A stretch of 64,000 bases of DNA from Candidatus Obscuribacteraceae bacterium (lineage in GTDB: Bacteria; Cyanobacteriota; Vampirovibrionia; Obscuribacterales; Obscuribacteraceae), in the NCBI GenBank assembly GCA_044226015.1, contig JBGAHS010000001.1:224001-288000 (forward strand). Direction: 5' to 3'. The position numbers and the translations under genes are program-made. The notes under the pieces are model-generated. The model ran no database searches and was not told where the DNA came from. It was given only the letters and a program-made list of their open reading frames with translations. How positions within the stretch are numbered: position 1 is the stretch's first letter; each line of letters opens with the position of its first letter. Shown piece by piece: positions 48,391-58,898 of this stretch.

Positions 48391-49551
48391 TTATTCGCTA
48401 TCTACAGGCGGTGATTGTAAACCTTTGGCAATCCAGTCTTTTACGATGTCCAGTGGAACGCCGATTAACTTTGCAGTCCCTTCAACAGCCTGTTTGTGGT
48501 TCATATCAAGAGCTCTCAGCTCTTTGTACTGCAAGATTGCTTGTACTTGAAGGTCTCCAGCCTCGCGACGAACTTTCGGTGTAAAGACGATGTTCTGTAT
48601 GACGTAGGCCGAGATTACACCAGCCAGCAGGCATTCCATCGCAGGAATGGGGCGCAGCAAGAGGACTGTACTTGCCGGCAAGGTGCCAAAGAAGATCTGG
48701 CGGAAATTGTTCATCTGGTTCAGATGAGTCAAGTCAGCGAGCTCTTTTCCTCCAGTTATAGAGAGGAAATACATCAACCCAGTTAGCGCTGAAAACAAGC
48801 CAACATAAACCCAGGGTGAGACCCACGGAATTTTCAATTTCTTTGTAGTGACTGAATTATCGTTGCCAACAAAAATTTTGAAACGAGAAGGCGCCCATTC
48901 CTGAGGCTTAAAAGGCTTCTTCGGTTTAACAACCAGGTAGCCGCCTATGATGTAGCAGAAAAACAGCGTTGGTCCGATAAATCTCTGGGCTGGGTCGATG
49001 AACTCAGCTTCATTTGCCAGAAGGAACCAATTGGCGATCATTCCGATAAAAAGGAACAATGGATAACGCCAGGCAACCAGTTTTTTCTCGAGCACGCAAC
49101 CGAAAACCCACCAGAATGCTGCGTTGAGCACATACATCATGGGTCCTAACTGAGCGGTGGTTGCCGCGTAACACATTCCGATGACGGCAAAAATTGGTAT
49201 GCCGGCAAGTGGGTTCGGGGCAGGCGCAGCTGCCGGTGTGCCTCCGCCATTCTTTTTTGGCGCCGGCGGTGGTGGTGCCGCAGGAGCTGGGGCGCCTCCG
49301 CGAAATACCTGAAAGAACTTCTGAGGGCTTATCGAGTGGTCATTGACCCACATGTTAAAGCTAGCTGGTGGCGTGCCATTTGGGATGCCGCGTGCGGCGT
49401 TATCTGCTGCAGCCTTACAATAATTGTTATATTCGATATTCGCGGGGTCACCGACGCTAAAGATACAAGCCATTAATACGAAAAAAGTCAGAACCGGCTT
49501 AATTTCCGGTGGCTTCAATAGTTCTCGTTTGCGCGCGTCAGAATTGCTCAT
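48391..49551 (-). CDS. Membrane protein with rhomboid-like topology
   Basis: KPVLT N-terminal helix; LNAAFWWVFGCVLEKKL resembles the rhomboid N...FG..LE pattern; catalytic GxSG absent. Confidence 0.5.
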   Translation of the reverse strand: MSNSDARKRELLKPPEIKPVLTFFVLMACIFSVGDPANIEYNNYCKAAADNAARGIPNGTPPASFNMWVNDHSISPQKFFQVFRGGAPAPAAPPPPAPKKNGGGTPAAAPAPNPLAGIPIFAVIGMCYAATTAQLGPMMYVLNAAFWWVFGCVLEKKLVAWRYPLFLFIGMIANWFLLANEAEFIDPAQRFIGPTLFFCYIIGGYLVVKPKKPFKPQEWAPSRFKIFVGNDNSVTTKKLKIPWVSPWVYVGLFSALTGLMYFLSITGGKELADLTHLNQMNNFRQIFFGTLPASTVLLLRPIPAMECLLAGVISAYVIQNIVFTPKVRREAGDLQVQAILQYKELRALDMNHKQAVEGTAKLIGVPLDIVKDWIAKGLQSPPVDSE

Positions 49552-49596
49552 AATGTATGGATAAATCTACCTATATTGGATCACATTGTCAAAGCC

Positions 49597-49633
49597 CGGG
49601 CAATAACGTGTCAAGTGGAGACGTTATTGCCCG
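49597..49633. terminator. 13-bp perfect hairpin downstream of leuS
   Basis: CGGGCAATAACGT-11 nt-ACGTTATTGCCCG; only a weak U tract. Confidence 0.5.
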
Positions 49634-49642
49634 AATTGCCGA

Positions 49643-52249
49643 TTAAACAACAATGTTGACTAATCGATCCTTGACGAAGATGATCTTTCTAGGGTCTTGA
49701 CCTTCAAGTTTCTTCTTAATTTTTTCGTCTGACAACGCTGCTTCTTTAGCATCGGGTTCGGGAATACCCTTTTTCACCATTATCTTGTTGACGATTTTTC
49801 CATTAACCTGAAGTACCAATTCAATTTCATCTGCAATGGTCAATGCCTCTGTGAAGCCCGGCCATTTTGTGACGTGAATGGAATCTTTGTCAGATTTTGC
49901 AAAACCGCATTGATGCCAGAGGTCTTCGCTCAAATGCGGTGCCATTGGCGCAAGCACAAGTAACAGGCAGCGAGCAACATAAGCAAGAAGTTCTTTCTCT
50001 TCTTTCGAACATGCCGCCAGTCCTGATGATTCTGCCGAACCATTAGAACCATTTCCGCTTTCCTGAGCCTTCGCCGATGCGAAAGCGTAGAGTTGATTTA
50101 CGAGCTCCATGCAGCGCGCGATCGCTGTATTGAACATATATCGCTCAACACTCAAATCGTCAGTGACAGCCTTAACTGTGCGATGACAAATCTGCAAAAG
50201 AGTCTTTGCCTGCGCTGAGAAACCGTCGAAAGAAGAGATGCCATGCTCGCCAAATTCCTTCTTTGTGTTGGATTTTGGTCCGACGATATCGGCATCAATC
50301 AAGTCTTGCACAAAACGCCAGACTCTTCCGAGGAATCTAAATTGACCGATGGCTCCCTCTTCTGACCACTCCAGCTCTTGCTCTGGTGGCGCCGCAAACA
50401 GAGTGAACAAACGAGCAGAGTCTGCTCCGAACTTCTTAAAGAAGTCTGTGGTGCCCACAACGTTGCCGCGCGATTTTGACATTTTTTCGATGCGCCCGGA
50501 AATGGTTGAGTGTTTTGTGACCATTCCCTGTGAAAGCAAGTTTGTGAATGGCTCGTCGCAGTCAACCAGCCCGCAGTCACGAAGCGCCTTGGTGAAAAAT
50601 CTGGAATAGAGCAAGTGCAAGATTGCGTGCTCAATGCCACCAACGTATTGGTCGACTGGCATCCAATAATCTACCTTGGCTTTATCGAATGGCAATTTTG
50701 TATTTTTAGCGTCTGCATACCGCAGGTAATACCAGCTAGAGTCGATGAATGTATCCATCGTGTCAGTCTCTCTGCGAGCTTTGCCGCCGCAGCTTGGGCA
50801 ATTAACATTCAACCAGGACTCTGTCTTGCCGAGAGGTGAGCCACCTTCTCCAGTGAACTCTACATCGAGTGGCAACTCGACTGGAAGGTCGCTCTCTTTG
50901 ACCGGCACCACCCCGCACTTATCACAATGAAGCAGCGGAATCGGGCAGCCCCAGTAGCGTTGGCGACTGATGAGCCAGTCTCTCAATCTGTATTGAACAC
51001 GCGGTCCGCCACTTTGATTTTCTGCAGCCCACTGAGTCATTTTCTTTTTGGCTTCTTCGTTGCTCAGTCCGTTAAACGAACCAGAGTTAACCATGATGCC
51101 TGGCTCAATCATCGCCTTGCTCATTTCGCCACTTGCTTCGCCGGTTTGTGAAATGACTTCTACGATTGGCAAGTTGAATCTCTTAGCAAACGCAAAGTCT
51201 CTATCGTCATGAGCAGGAACGCCCATTACTGCGCCAGTTCCGTAGCTCATCAAAACATAATCAGCAACCCATACCGGGACAATTTCCCCATTAAATGGAT
51301 TAAGCACAAACGAACCTGTCGGCACTCCAGATTTTTCTTTCTCGGTGCTGCTCATGCGGTCAAGCTCTGTTTTGAGCTTGCTGTCTGCCACGTATTGCTC
51401 GACCTTCGCTTTGTTTTCTTCGGTTGTTAGTTCTTTGACTAATGGATTCTCTGGCGCGAGTACAACGTAGCTGACACCGAATGTGGTGTCTGGTCGAGTT
51501 GTGAAAACTGTGATTTTCACATTTGGCTTGCTTTCAACAGTGAATTGAATCTCAGCGCCTTCAGATTTGCCGATCCAGTTGCGTTGCATTACGCAGACAC
51601 GTTCAGGCCAACCTTTAAGCAAGTCGAGATCGTTCAGCAAGGCATCTGTGTACGCAGTGATTTTCAAGAACCACTGCGACATCATTTTCTGTTCAACTTT
51701 GGTTTCGAGATGTCTCCAGCAGGCTCCGTTTTCAACCTGTTCGTTAGCCAGAACGGTGGCGCAGTCAGGACACCAATTTACTGGAGCACTCTTTCTGTAA
51801 ACCAGACCCTTCTCGTAAAACTTGAGAAGAATGTATTGAGTCCAGTGATAGTAGTCTTTATCGCAGGTGTTGACTTCGCGATCCCAATCGTAACTCGTGC
51901 CCAGTTTCTTCAACTGTTCGTCACGCATGTATTTGATATTTGACTTCGTCCAGCTTTCCGGATGTTTTTTGTTCTTGATTGCGGCATTTTCAGCAGGCAA
52001 ACCGAAAGCATCCCATCCCATCGGGTTGAGAACGTTATAACCCTGCATTCTCTTGTAACGAGTGATTACGTCAGAAATTGTATAAACCCTCATGTGACCC
52101 ATATGCAAGTCACCAGATGGATAGGGAAACATCACGAGAGAGTAGAACTTGGGTCTGCTGTCGTTATCGATGGCTTTGTAGATTCCCAGCTCATTCCAAA
52201 CCGCTTGCCATTTCTCTTCAATTTGCTGCGGATTGTATTGCGTGCCCAT
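49643..52249 (-). CDS. leuS: Leucine--tRNA ligase
   Basis: [37 protein letters not shown] and KMSKS; start at ATG 52249. Confidence 0.98.
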   Translation of the reverse strand: MGTQYNPQQIEEKWQAVWNELGIYKAIDNDSRPKFYSLVMFPYPSGDLHMGHMRVYTISDVITRYKRMQGYNVLNPMGWDAFGLPAENAAIKNKKHPESWTKSNIKYMRDEQLKKLGTSYDWDREVNTCDKDYYHWTQYILLKFYEKGLVYRKSAPVNWCPDCATVLANEQVENGACWRHLETKVEQKMMSQWFLKITAYTDALLNDLDLLKGWPERVCVMQRNWIGKSEGAEIQFTVESKPNVKITVFTTRPDTTFGVSYVVLAPENPLVKELTTEENKAKVEQYVADSKLKTELDRMSSTEKEKSGVPTGSFVLNPFNGEIVPVWVADYVLMSYGTGAVMGVPAHDDRDFAFAKRFNLPIVEVISQTGEASGEMSKAMIEPGIMVNSGSFNGLSNEEAKKKMTQWAAENQSGGPRVQYRLRDWLISRQRYWGCPIPLLHCDKCGVVPVKESDLPVELPLDVEFTGEGGSPLGKTESWLNVNCPSCGGKARRETDTMDTFIDSSWYYLRYADAKNTKLPFDKAKVDYWMPVDQYVGGIEHAILHLLYSRFFTKALRDCGLVDCDEPFTNLLSQGMVTKHSTISGRIEKMSKSRGNVVGTTDFFKKFGADSARLFTLFAAPPEQELEWSEEGAIGQFRFLGRVWRFVQDLIDADIVGPKSNTKKEFGEHGISSFDGFSAQAKTLLQICHRTVKAVTDDLSVERYMFNTAIARCMELVNQLYAFASAKAQESGNGSNGSAESSGLAACSKEEKELLAYVARCLLLVLAPMAPHLSEDLWHQCGFAKSDKDSIHVTKWPGFTEALTIADEIELVLQVNGKIVNKIMVKKGIPEPDAKEAALSDEKIKKKLEGQDPRKIIFVKDRLVNIVV

Positions 52250-52389
52250 GACTGAAAACCCCCTGACAGTGAGATGACGAGAGGATAATTCTCGCCTGTC
52301 CAAAATCTTAGCCCAGAGAAGTTTTTGGGGCAAGAAATTCCCCTGACATGCTAAGATTCTTTAGCTCTTTGCTAAAGCTCCTGTCATGA

Positions 52390-53703
52390 GTGATTGAGTT
52401 CATGCGCAGGCTGAATTTGGGCCGGTTCAAAAGAAGGATCATCGAAGTGGAAACAGTGAAAGAATCTGAGCAGAACACAATTCCCGCTGACATTATGGCT
52501 GAGGCGGAAGAACTGGTAAGAGGCTCGGAAGTATTGCCAGATGGCGCAAAGGGGCTCGCTTTTCGATTGTGGGAAGCTAAGAAGGAAGGGCGTAAGCTGC
52601 GTGTCAAGCTTGGCGTAGACCCAACTTCGACCGATTTGCACCTGGGTCACGCTGTTGTTTTTCGCAAACTGCGCCGTTTTCAGGAGTATGGTCATCAAAT
52701 CGTTCTCATAATTGGTGGATTCACCGCACAAATAGGTGACCCTTCTGGTCGCGATAAGACTCGCCCACCGTTGACGGCTCAAGACGTCGCGAAAAACGCT
52801 CAAACCTACATTAACCAGATGGGGCTTATCCTCGATATGAATAAGACCGAGGTAACAAACAATGCCGATTGGTTGGCGCCTCTTGATTTAAGTAAGGTGC
52901 TGCAGCTTGCGAGTTTTGCAACTGTGAATCAAATGCTTCAAAAAGAAGCCTTTGGTGAGCGCATGGAGAAGCAATTGCCAATTGCAATGCATGAGCTGTT
53001 TTATCCGATGCTTCAAGCATACGACTCTGTCGCAATTAAGAGTGATATCGAACTTGGTGGCACAGATCAGCGCTTCAATATTCTGCAAGGACGTGAACTG
53101 CAACCGAAGTATGGCTTGAAACCTCAGCTTGGTATGTTCTTACCTCTTCTTGAAGGTACTGACGGCGTTCAAAAAATGTCCAAGTCCTACAACAATTACA
53201 TTTCATTGAAAGATGAGCCTAATGATATGTTCGGCAAGTGCATGAGAATTCCAGATGAACTCATTGTTCGCTATTTCGAACTGACTACGACTCTCACTGG
53301 TGCTGAAATTGACGCAATTACTGAGCAACTCAAGAATGGCTCAAATCCAAAAGATATGAAGGAAAAATTGGGACATCAAATCGTCAGGCAATATCATGGT
53401 GAAGAAAACGCTGACAAAGCGCTGGCTGAATGGAAGAAAGTCCACAGTGCTAAGCAAATGCCAGACGACATTCCTTCGCACAATTCTTCCATGAGCAAAG
53501 AAACCACATTAGCCAAAGCTCTTCAGGAAGTTGGCTTTGCTGCTTCTGGTGGCGAGGCTAAGCGCCTCTGTGCTGACGGCGCTGTGCGTGTGGACGGAGA
53601 GCAGATAAAGGACCCACAGAAAAAACTTGGGGAAATATCGCAAACGCCGGAAATCGTTTTGCAAAGGGGCAGGAGAGACTTCATTCGCATCAGTTTGAAT
53701 TGA
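52390..53703 (+). CDS. tyrS: Tyrosine--tRNA ligase
   Basis: GVDPTSTDLHLGH, IGDPSGR, GGTDQRFN, KMSKS and a C-terminal S4 domain; the true start is probably slightly downstream. Confidence 0.97.
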   Translation: MIEFMRRLNLGRFKRRIIEVETVKESEQNTIPADIMAEAEELVRGSEVLPDGAKGLAFRLWEAKKEGRKLRVKLGVDPTSTDLHLGHAVVFRKLRRFQEYGHQIVLIIGGFTAQIGDPSGRDKTRPPLTAQDVAKNAQTYINQMGLILDMNKTEVTNNADWLAPLDLSKVLQLASFATVNQMLQKEAFGERMEKQLPIAMHELFYPMLQAYDSVAIKSDIELGGTDQRFNILQGRELQPKYGLKPQLGMFLPLLEGTDGVQKMSKSYNNYISLKDEPNDMFGKCMRIPDELIVRYFELTTTLTGAEIDAITEQLKNGSNPKDMKEKLGHQIVRQYHGEENADKALAEWKKVHSAKQMPDDIPSHNSSMSKETTLAKALQEVGFAASGGEAKRLCADGAVRVDGEQIKDPQKKLGEISQTPEIVLQRGRRDFIRISLN

Positions 53704-53945
53704 ATTTTCTGACTGCATAAGCGAACATACTGGGGAAATTACGCAGCTCTGCTTTGCAATTCTAAACGTTGCGATCAGGCTCTGGGTGCGGCTTTTCGTA
53801 AGCCAGGCTCTTTACGCGTTTTTGTATGAGATACAGATAAACTAGCAATCTGTCCAGGAAAGAATTTTCGGGTATAAACTCGTCTTGGCGAATCGGGAAT
53901 TTGGGATCGAGCTTAGCTATCGGCTAGTGATAGGAGTACGAGCCA

Positions 53946-54608
53946 ATGCCGGAATTTAGTGATAAAACGACTTCAAAAAATGTAGAACAGGACGTACAGG
54001 TGCCAGTGCTTCATGATGATGCATGGAGATCAGGAAGCCTCAACCAGCTTCGTGATATTGTGAAGAGCACTAGCAGTGGTGCCCCTGTTCAAGAACTCAC
54101 CGTGACACGTGTTTCGGATACAGATGCTGCTCCTTTGCAGAAAAAGAATCCGCAAGACAATTTAATTCCTCCAGCTCTGGATAAAAATCTGAAGGATGTG
54201 CAGAATATTCTGCAAGAAACTCAGAAGCAAATCGCAGAATTGCGCCTGCATTACGATAAGAATCTCTATGATATGGAGCAAAGTCGCAGAGGCGTATTCT
54301 CAAACCCCTACAAGCTGATGACTGTGGGCACGGGAGCTATGGTTTTTCGCAGCAGTCCTGGCTTAGCTGCTGTGCCATTAACTGGTTTTGCAGCGCTGCA
54401 AGGTTATGACGACTTCAAAAACATGAAAGACGCTCTTAATTGGCAAACTAGAGGTAAGTATTCAATGGGGCTGGTTGCTGATGCTGCCATCGGTGCCGGT
54501 GCCCTCGGATTCTTGTCTGAGTCTGTTCCGATGAGATACAAAGCACCGCTTCTCATTGGCGGCTTCCTTGTAAGAAGTGCTCTGGATTTTGTTCCAAATA
54601 AGCGTTAG
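53946..54608 (+). CDS. Hypothetical protein with coiled coil and C-terminal Gly/Ala-rich hydrophobic helices
   Basis: AGGAG RBS; 220 aa; AAIGAGALG glycine-zipper-like segment. Confidence 0.7.
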   Translation: MPEFSDKTTSKNVEQDVQVPVLHDDAWRSGSLNQLRDIVKSTSSGAPVQELTVTRVSDTDAAPLQKKNPQDNLIPPALDKNLKDVQNILQETQKQIAELRLHYDKNLYDMEQSRRGVFSNPYKLMTVGTGAMVFRSSPGLAAVPLTGFAALQGYDDFKNMKDALNWQTRGKYSMGLVADAAIGAGALGFLSESVPMRYKAPLLIGGFLVRSALDFVPNKR

Positions 54609-54623
54609 TGCAAAAAAGTAAAC

Positions 54624-57371
54624 TCACTTTTCATCAACAAACTTGAAAGGTGTGCATGGTTTTACGGGATACTTCGAATGCTCGGAGTATCCCGATTCTT
54701 TTACCGCACGGTCGGCCAGGCGCTTGAACTCTTCGCTCTTTGTTCTTTTTGCTAGAGCATTTGCAATAACTGCGAATGCTTTTGTCGGAGCGACGGCTCT
54801 GTTCAGAGCGCGCTTTATACTTTCGCACGCAAGCTCGTCTTCTTTCATGTCTATGGCAACAATCATCAGTTCAGCGCTCTTTGGAAGTACATCTCTTTGC
54901 TGTTGTGCTGCATATAAAACATTCCATCCAGATTGATTCCATTCATTGTCTAGATGTTTTGCCGCATCGTCTGCTTTATTCAGTCCGGCGTAAATCATGC
55001 TAGCAAAATGTGCATTATCTGATTTCGCGTCCGTGGCTGACGGCAAGTTTTGAGCTTTGTCGAGGCAAATCCATGCTTCCTTGTAATCACGTTTTTGCAT
55101 TGCCAGGTACATCTTTGATGAGAGCACGGCTCTCTGGCACATGCCATTGGAATTCTCGTCAGAACACTTACCTAAACTTAGAACCGCTTGCATCATATCT
55201 GCTGATTGAACTCGATAAAAAAGTTTCGCAAATCTGCCCAGGTTGTATTTTGTGAATCTGCCTTCAAGAGAGCCGCCCTTGGTAGTAATGCACTCTTTGA
55301 ATTTGTTCAGAACGCTAACGCCTGTTGTTTCATCATTGGCAGACATACAAGCTTTCAGGGTAAGGAAATACTCGTCGTAGATTAGCGCGGGCTGTCTGAG
55401 CGTATCCACGCTTTCAAATCTGGGAAGCTGTACTTCGAGTTGATGACAAATTTTTATCGCCTCGCTGTGCTTGTTTTCTGCACACAGGAGGTCGACTTCC
55501 AGTTGCCCAAGCAGCGCCGATGTTTCAAAATTCATGCTCTTTAGTTGTTTGAGAGCCTCTCTGGCTCGAGCAAGTTCTCCTTCTTGAGTTGCAGTCGAAA
55601 TGAAATACTCTAGTATTTCACGCTTGCCTCGAATTGATTTCGTTTTCGCCAGGAAAGTATCAAACTGAGAAAGAGCTCGTTCTGTGTCTCTGAAGCATAG
55701 CTGTTGAAATTCCTGTGAAGAGGCTGTTCCCGCGTGGTTTGCCTCGATTTCTGGAAGCTTTTGGACTGCCTCTAGCAAGCTCACACAATCTTTTATATCG
55801 ATGACTTGTGCAAAAAGAAATGTGGCATTGTATTCGTCATCTTCAGTCGGTGCGATGTTCTTCTTGATTGCAGCAATTATTGCCTCTGCTGCTTCGTGTT
55901 TTGTTTCAGGATCTAGAGGACCCGAAAACGCATTTACGCGGCGAATTAATGGCATCATGATCATTTTGCTTTTGGCAGCCGGTGCTCCGGTATTCAGCAT
56001 TTCGTTTAGGCAACGCGACATGGCTACTATTGCTGCTTGATTTAGCTCACCAGAGTCGCAAAGTTGAATTGCATTGTTGGCTCTCTGTAAGAGTCTCTGC
56101 CGCTCCTGTGAACTGAGGCTATTGCTATTCTTGATCGCTTCCAGTGCACCTAAAATTGAGTCGATTGCTTTTTGTTGATCTGATGCTTTCATATAGCAAT
56201 CTGCAATTTCGAGCAGGTATGCTGGAATCTTTGGAGAGAATTCGGCTTCTCTTGCGATAAAGTCCTTGTAGATGGAGATGCGAATGGCTGGTTTTGCAGT
56301 TCGATCTAACAAGAAATTTTCGTACGGAATCGCTGCGGGCGATTTTTGCATTACAGTGAGCAGTTGCTTGTCGAGGAGACTAACAATTACAGAGGCTAGA
56401 ACGACAATGAGGGCACAGAGGCAAGCGACAGTGGCAAGCGCTTTGCCAGAGAATTTTGGACCTTCTTTTATTTTCTGGGCCCAGTTCGTATTCAAATACT
56501 GAGTTTGCAAAAAAGTGCCAGGGTCAGCAATAGCGTTCTTAATATCTCTGGCAGATTGAAATCGTTGATCGGGATCTTTTTGTAAGCATTTCAAGATCAA
56601 ATTCGAAAATTCTTTCGCGGACTTAGCATCGTCCCAATCAAGTTTTGGTGCGGGCGGTGACTCTGCCTGGTGCATGTAGAGCAGTCCGATAGCGCTGCTT
56701 GAATTAAACGGGAAGTCGCCAGAGACCATTCGATATAAAACACAACCCAAAGAGTAGATATCACTTCGCTCGTCTAATTGTCCACCGCGGCTTTGTTCCG
56801 GGCTCATAAAGGAAGGATTGCCCACTAGCAGTCCTGTAGCTGTAAGTCTGCTCAGGCTCTCGCTGTCCATTGGAGCCATAAGCGAAGATAGTCCAAAATC
56901 TATTATCTTCACTCCCGGGTCGTTTCTATCACCCACAAGAAAGATGTTTGCAGTGCTGAGATCGCGATGAATCACGTCAAAGGAATGTGCATAAATCAAT
57001 CCTTCTGTAATTTCTGCCGTAATCTTTTTTGCGAGTTTCTCACTAATGCTGCCTTCTCTAAGCAGACGTGATTCGAGGCTCTCGCCCTCAAGGTACTCCA
57101 TGAGCAGGCATGATGAAAAATCGTCGAGCGTTTCAAAAGAGTAAACTGTGAGGATGTTTGGGTGGCGAAGCTTAGCCAGGACTTTTGCTTCACGCTGGAA
57201 CCTCTCTTCGGTTCCTTCCTGATCATTAGCTGTCGACTTGAGAACCTTTATTGCTACTTTTCTATTTAGCTCGTGGTCTAAAGCTAGATAAACAGTGGCA
57301 AAACCTCCCTCACCCAATTGGTCGAGAATTTCGTACCTGGATTTCCATTTGAGTCCAGTTTTTAGGAGCAT
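54624..57371 (-). CDS. Ser/Thr protein kinase with TM helix and helical-repeat C-terminus
   Basis: LGEGGFATVY, VAIK, HRDLSTAN, DFG, FMSPEQ and DIYSLG; start uncertain. Confidence 0.92.
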   Translation of the reverse strand: MLLKTGLKWKSRYEILDQLGEGGFATVYLALDHELNRKVAIKVLKSTANDQEGTEERFQREAKVLAKLRHPNILTVYSFETLDDFSSCLLMEYLEGESLESRLLREGSISEKLAKKITAEITEGLIYAHSFDVIHRDLSTANIFLVGDRNDPGVKIIDFGLSSLMAPMDSESLSRLTATGLLVGNPSFMSPEQSRGGQLDERSDIYSLGCVLYRMVSGDFPFNSSSAIGLLYMHQAESPPAPKLDWDDAKSAKEFSNLILKCLQKDPDQRFQSARDIKNAIADPGTFLQTQYLNTNWAQKIKEGPKFSGKALATVACLCALIVVLASVIVSLLDKQLLTVMQKSPAAIPYENFLLDRTAKPAIRISIYKDFIAREAEFSPKIPAYLLEIADCYMKASDQQKAIDSILGALEAIKNSNSLSSQERQRLLQRANNAIQLCDSGELNQAAIVAMSRCLNEMLNTGAPAAKSKMIMMPLIRRVNAFSGPLDPETKHEAAEAIIAAIKKNIAPTEDDEYNATFLFAQVIDIKDCVSLLEAVQKLPEIEANHAGTASSQEFQQLCFRDTERALSQFDTFLAKTKSIRGKREILEYFISTATQEGELARAREALKQLKSMNFETSALLGQLEVDLLCAENKHSEAIKICHQLEVQLPRFESVDTLRQPALIYDEYFLTLKACMSANDETTGVSVLNKFKECITTKGGSLEGRFTKYNLGRFAKLFYRVQSADMMQAVLSLGKCSDENSNGMCQRAVLSSKMYLAMQKRDYKEAWICLDKAQNLPSATDAKSDNAHFASMIYAGLNKADDAAKHLDNEWNQSGWNVLYAAQQQRDVLPKSAELMIVAIDMKEDELACESIKRALNRAVAPTKAFAVIANALAKRTKSEEFKRLADRAVKESGYSEHSKYPVKPCTPFKFVDEK

Positions 57372-57441
57372 CGAAGCTGTCTGCCAGGGAGTACTTAATA
57401 TCCATTCCCCGTTCTGTGGCAACTTACTCCGGTCATTAAGC

Positions 57442-57475
57442 AAAAAAAGAGGAGCCCGTCCCCACGAGCCCCTCT
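57442..57475 (-). terminator. Rho-independent terminator after the MshEN gene
   Basis: Minus strand AGAGGGGCTCGT-gggg-ACGGGCTCCTCT then a T tract. Confidence 0.75.
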
Positions 57476-57525
57476 ATTGATCCATGCATGCCCCTCTCCA
57501 TGGTGCTTGCACATCAAAATTGTTT

Positions 57526-58410
57526 TTAGCTTGCGATAAGTTGAGCCTCTTTGGAAAGTGTTCCGAGATTTCTTAGTACTGTCGAAGTAGACAAGAAAAG
57601 TTCATTGCAAAGTGTTTGCGCGTGATTAACTGAAACAGTCCCTTCGGCCAACATTCTGTTTATGGAAATTGATGCTGCAAATTTCAAATTTGCGATAATC
57701 GTATTGGAAGTTAGAGAGCCCTTCCAGAGAGCTTCTCTCTGCAGTGCTTCTTCAATTATGTCCACTACCTCATGTTCCGTCAGAATGCCTGATTCGATTA
57801 ATTCCTCGCTAATGCTGTGAATCGGTGAGGATTCTAATCCCATCAAATCGCTGATGCTGCGACCTGTTCGTAGCACGGCTCGCATTGCAGCCACGCCATG
57901 CTCGTAAGTGATGTCGCCGCTACGCACCAAAATTATGGTATCAAGCGCAGCTTTGCGGAGGTCCATGGTAAGTTTTCCCTGCACAGTCAGGACGCGGCCC
58001 AGGGCATAGTCATGCTTGATTGCAAGGGCTAACGATGAGCCTAATTGATGTGACTCAATTATTCCTACATCCATCAGCAGTTTGGCAAACTGATGTATTT
58101 GCTCGTTTGCATGCAACCAACGGCCTCTTGCAAGCGCAGCTTCAGCATCCATTTTTTGCTCTTTCACCAGTCTGAGTGCATCGACTGCATGTCTGTACGA
58201 AATCAGTGATTGGCGCAACATACGTTGTGCAGTGAGTGCGGTTCGGAGATGGTAATCCGATACTAAACCTGAGTACAGAAGCACCTGACCAATGCGGACG
58301 CAATGCTCTTTTGCTTTTTCCAGCGCTATGTCGAGTAATTTGGGTTCAAGAATACCTGAATCAACCAACAGTTGCCCAACCAGTATGGGCACTAGTTTCT
58401 TGTATTGCAT
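57526..58410 (-). CDS. Stand-alone MshEN-repeat protein (putative c-di-GMP receptor)
   Basis: RIGQVLLYSGLVSDYHLRTALTAQ fits RLGxxLxxxGxxxxxxLxxxLxxQ; preceded by a second 24-aa copy with a 5-aa linker; further degenerate copies downstream. Confidence 0.75.
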   Translation of the reverse strand: MQYKKLVPILVGQLLVDSGILEPKLLDIALEKAKEHCVRIGQVLLYSGLVSDYHLRTALTAQRMLRQSLISYRHAVDALRLVKEQKMDAEAALARGRWLHANEQIHQFAKLLMDVGIIESHQLGSSLALAIKHDYALGRVLTVQGKLTMDLRKAALDTIILVRSGDITYEHGVAAMRAVLRTGRSISDLMGLESSPIHSISEELIESGILTEHEVVDIIEEALQREALWKGSLTSNTIIANLKFAASISINRMLAEGTVSVNHAQTLCNELFLSTSTVLRNLGTLSKEAQLIAS

Positions 58411-58898
58411 TTAGTTTTTACTCCAGGGTGTGAAGCTCGATCCCGATCATCAAGCTTGGACTCTGATTCGGTTTAGAGGGTGCGAATCAGAATGGGTTTT
58501 GATGCACTGCAAAAAATCGCAGTGATGCGAAACAAATGGAAAGTAAAACTAACTGCGGGGCGTTAGTCGCTTTTTCTTATTTAGTAAGCCGTCGACTCTG
58601 CATTCGATGGTGGAAAAACATTAGCCCAAACATCAGGGATTGTCAAGGTGTTGCTCGTTAAATCCTTCTGGACGCTTGCCCGATACCTGTGTGTGGCGGG
58701 CTGTTGCCACCCTGATGGTGCCCCGGGACCTGTAGCTGCACTGGTTTGTGGCAGGGTCGGAGTGCCGATAAACCAGTGCGCAATCTCTAATGTAGTGACC
58801 CAAATTTGACCGGAACGTGACCCAAGGCCGACCGGGGCGTTGCGTATTCTTGTTCTCACAAGCAAGCAATTAACGCGGTTGACCCGCCGGAGGACAAA

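Noticed and set aside
52250..52333. N-terminal extension of LeuRS in the ORF track (similar extensions on guaB, hsp20 and the ATP-grasp gene)
   Set aside because: Family homology and RBS positions point to downstream starts.
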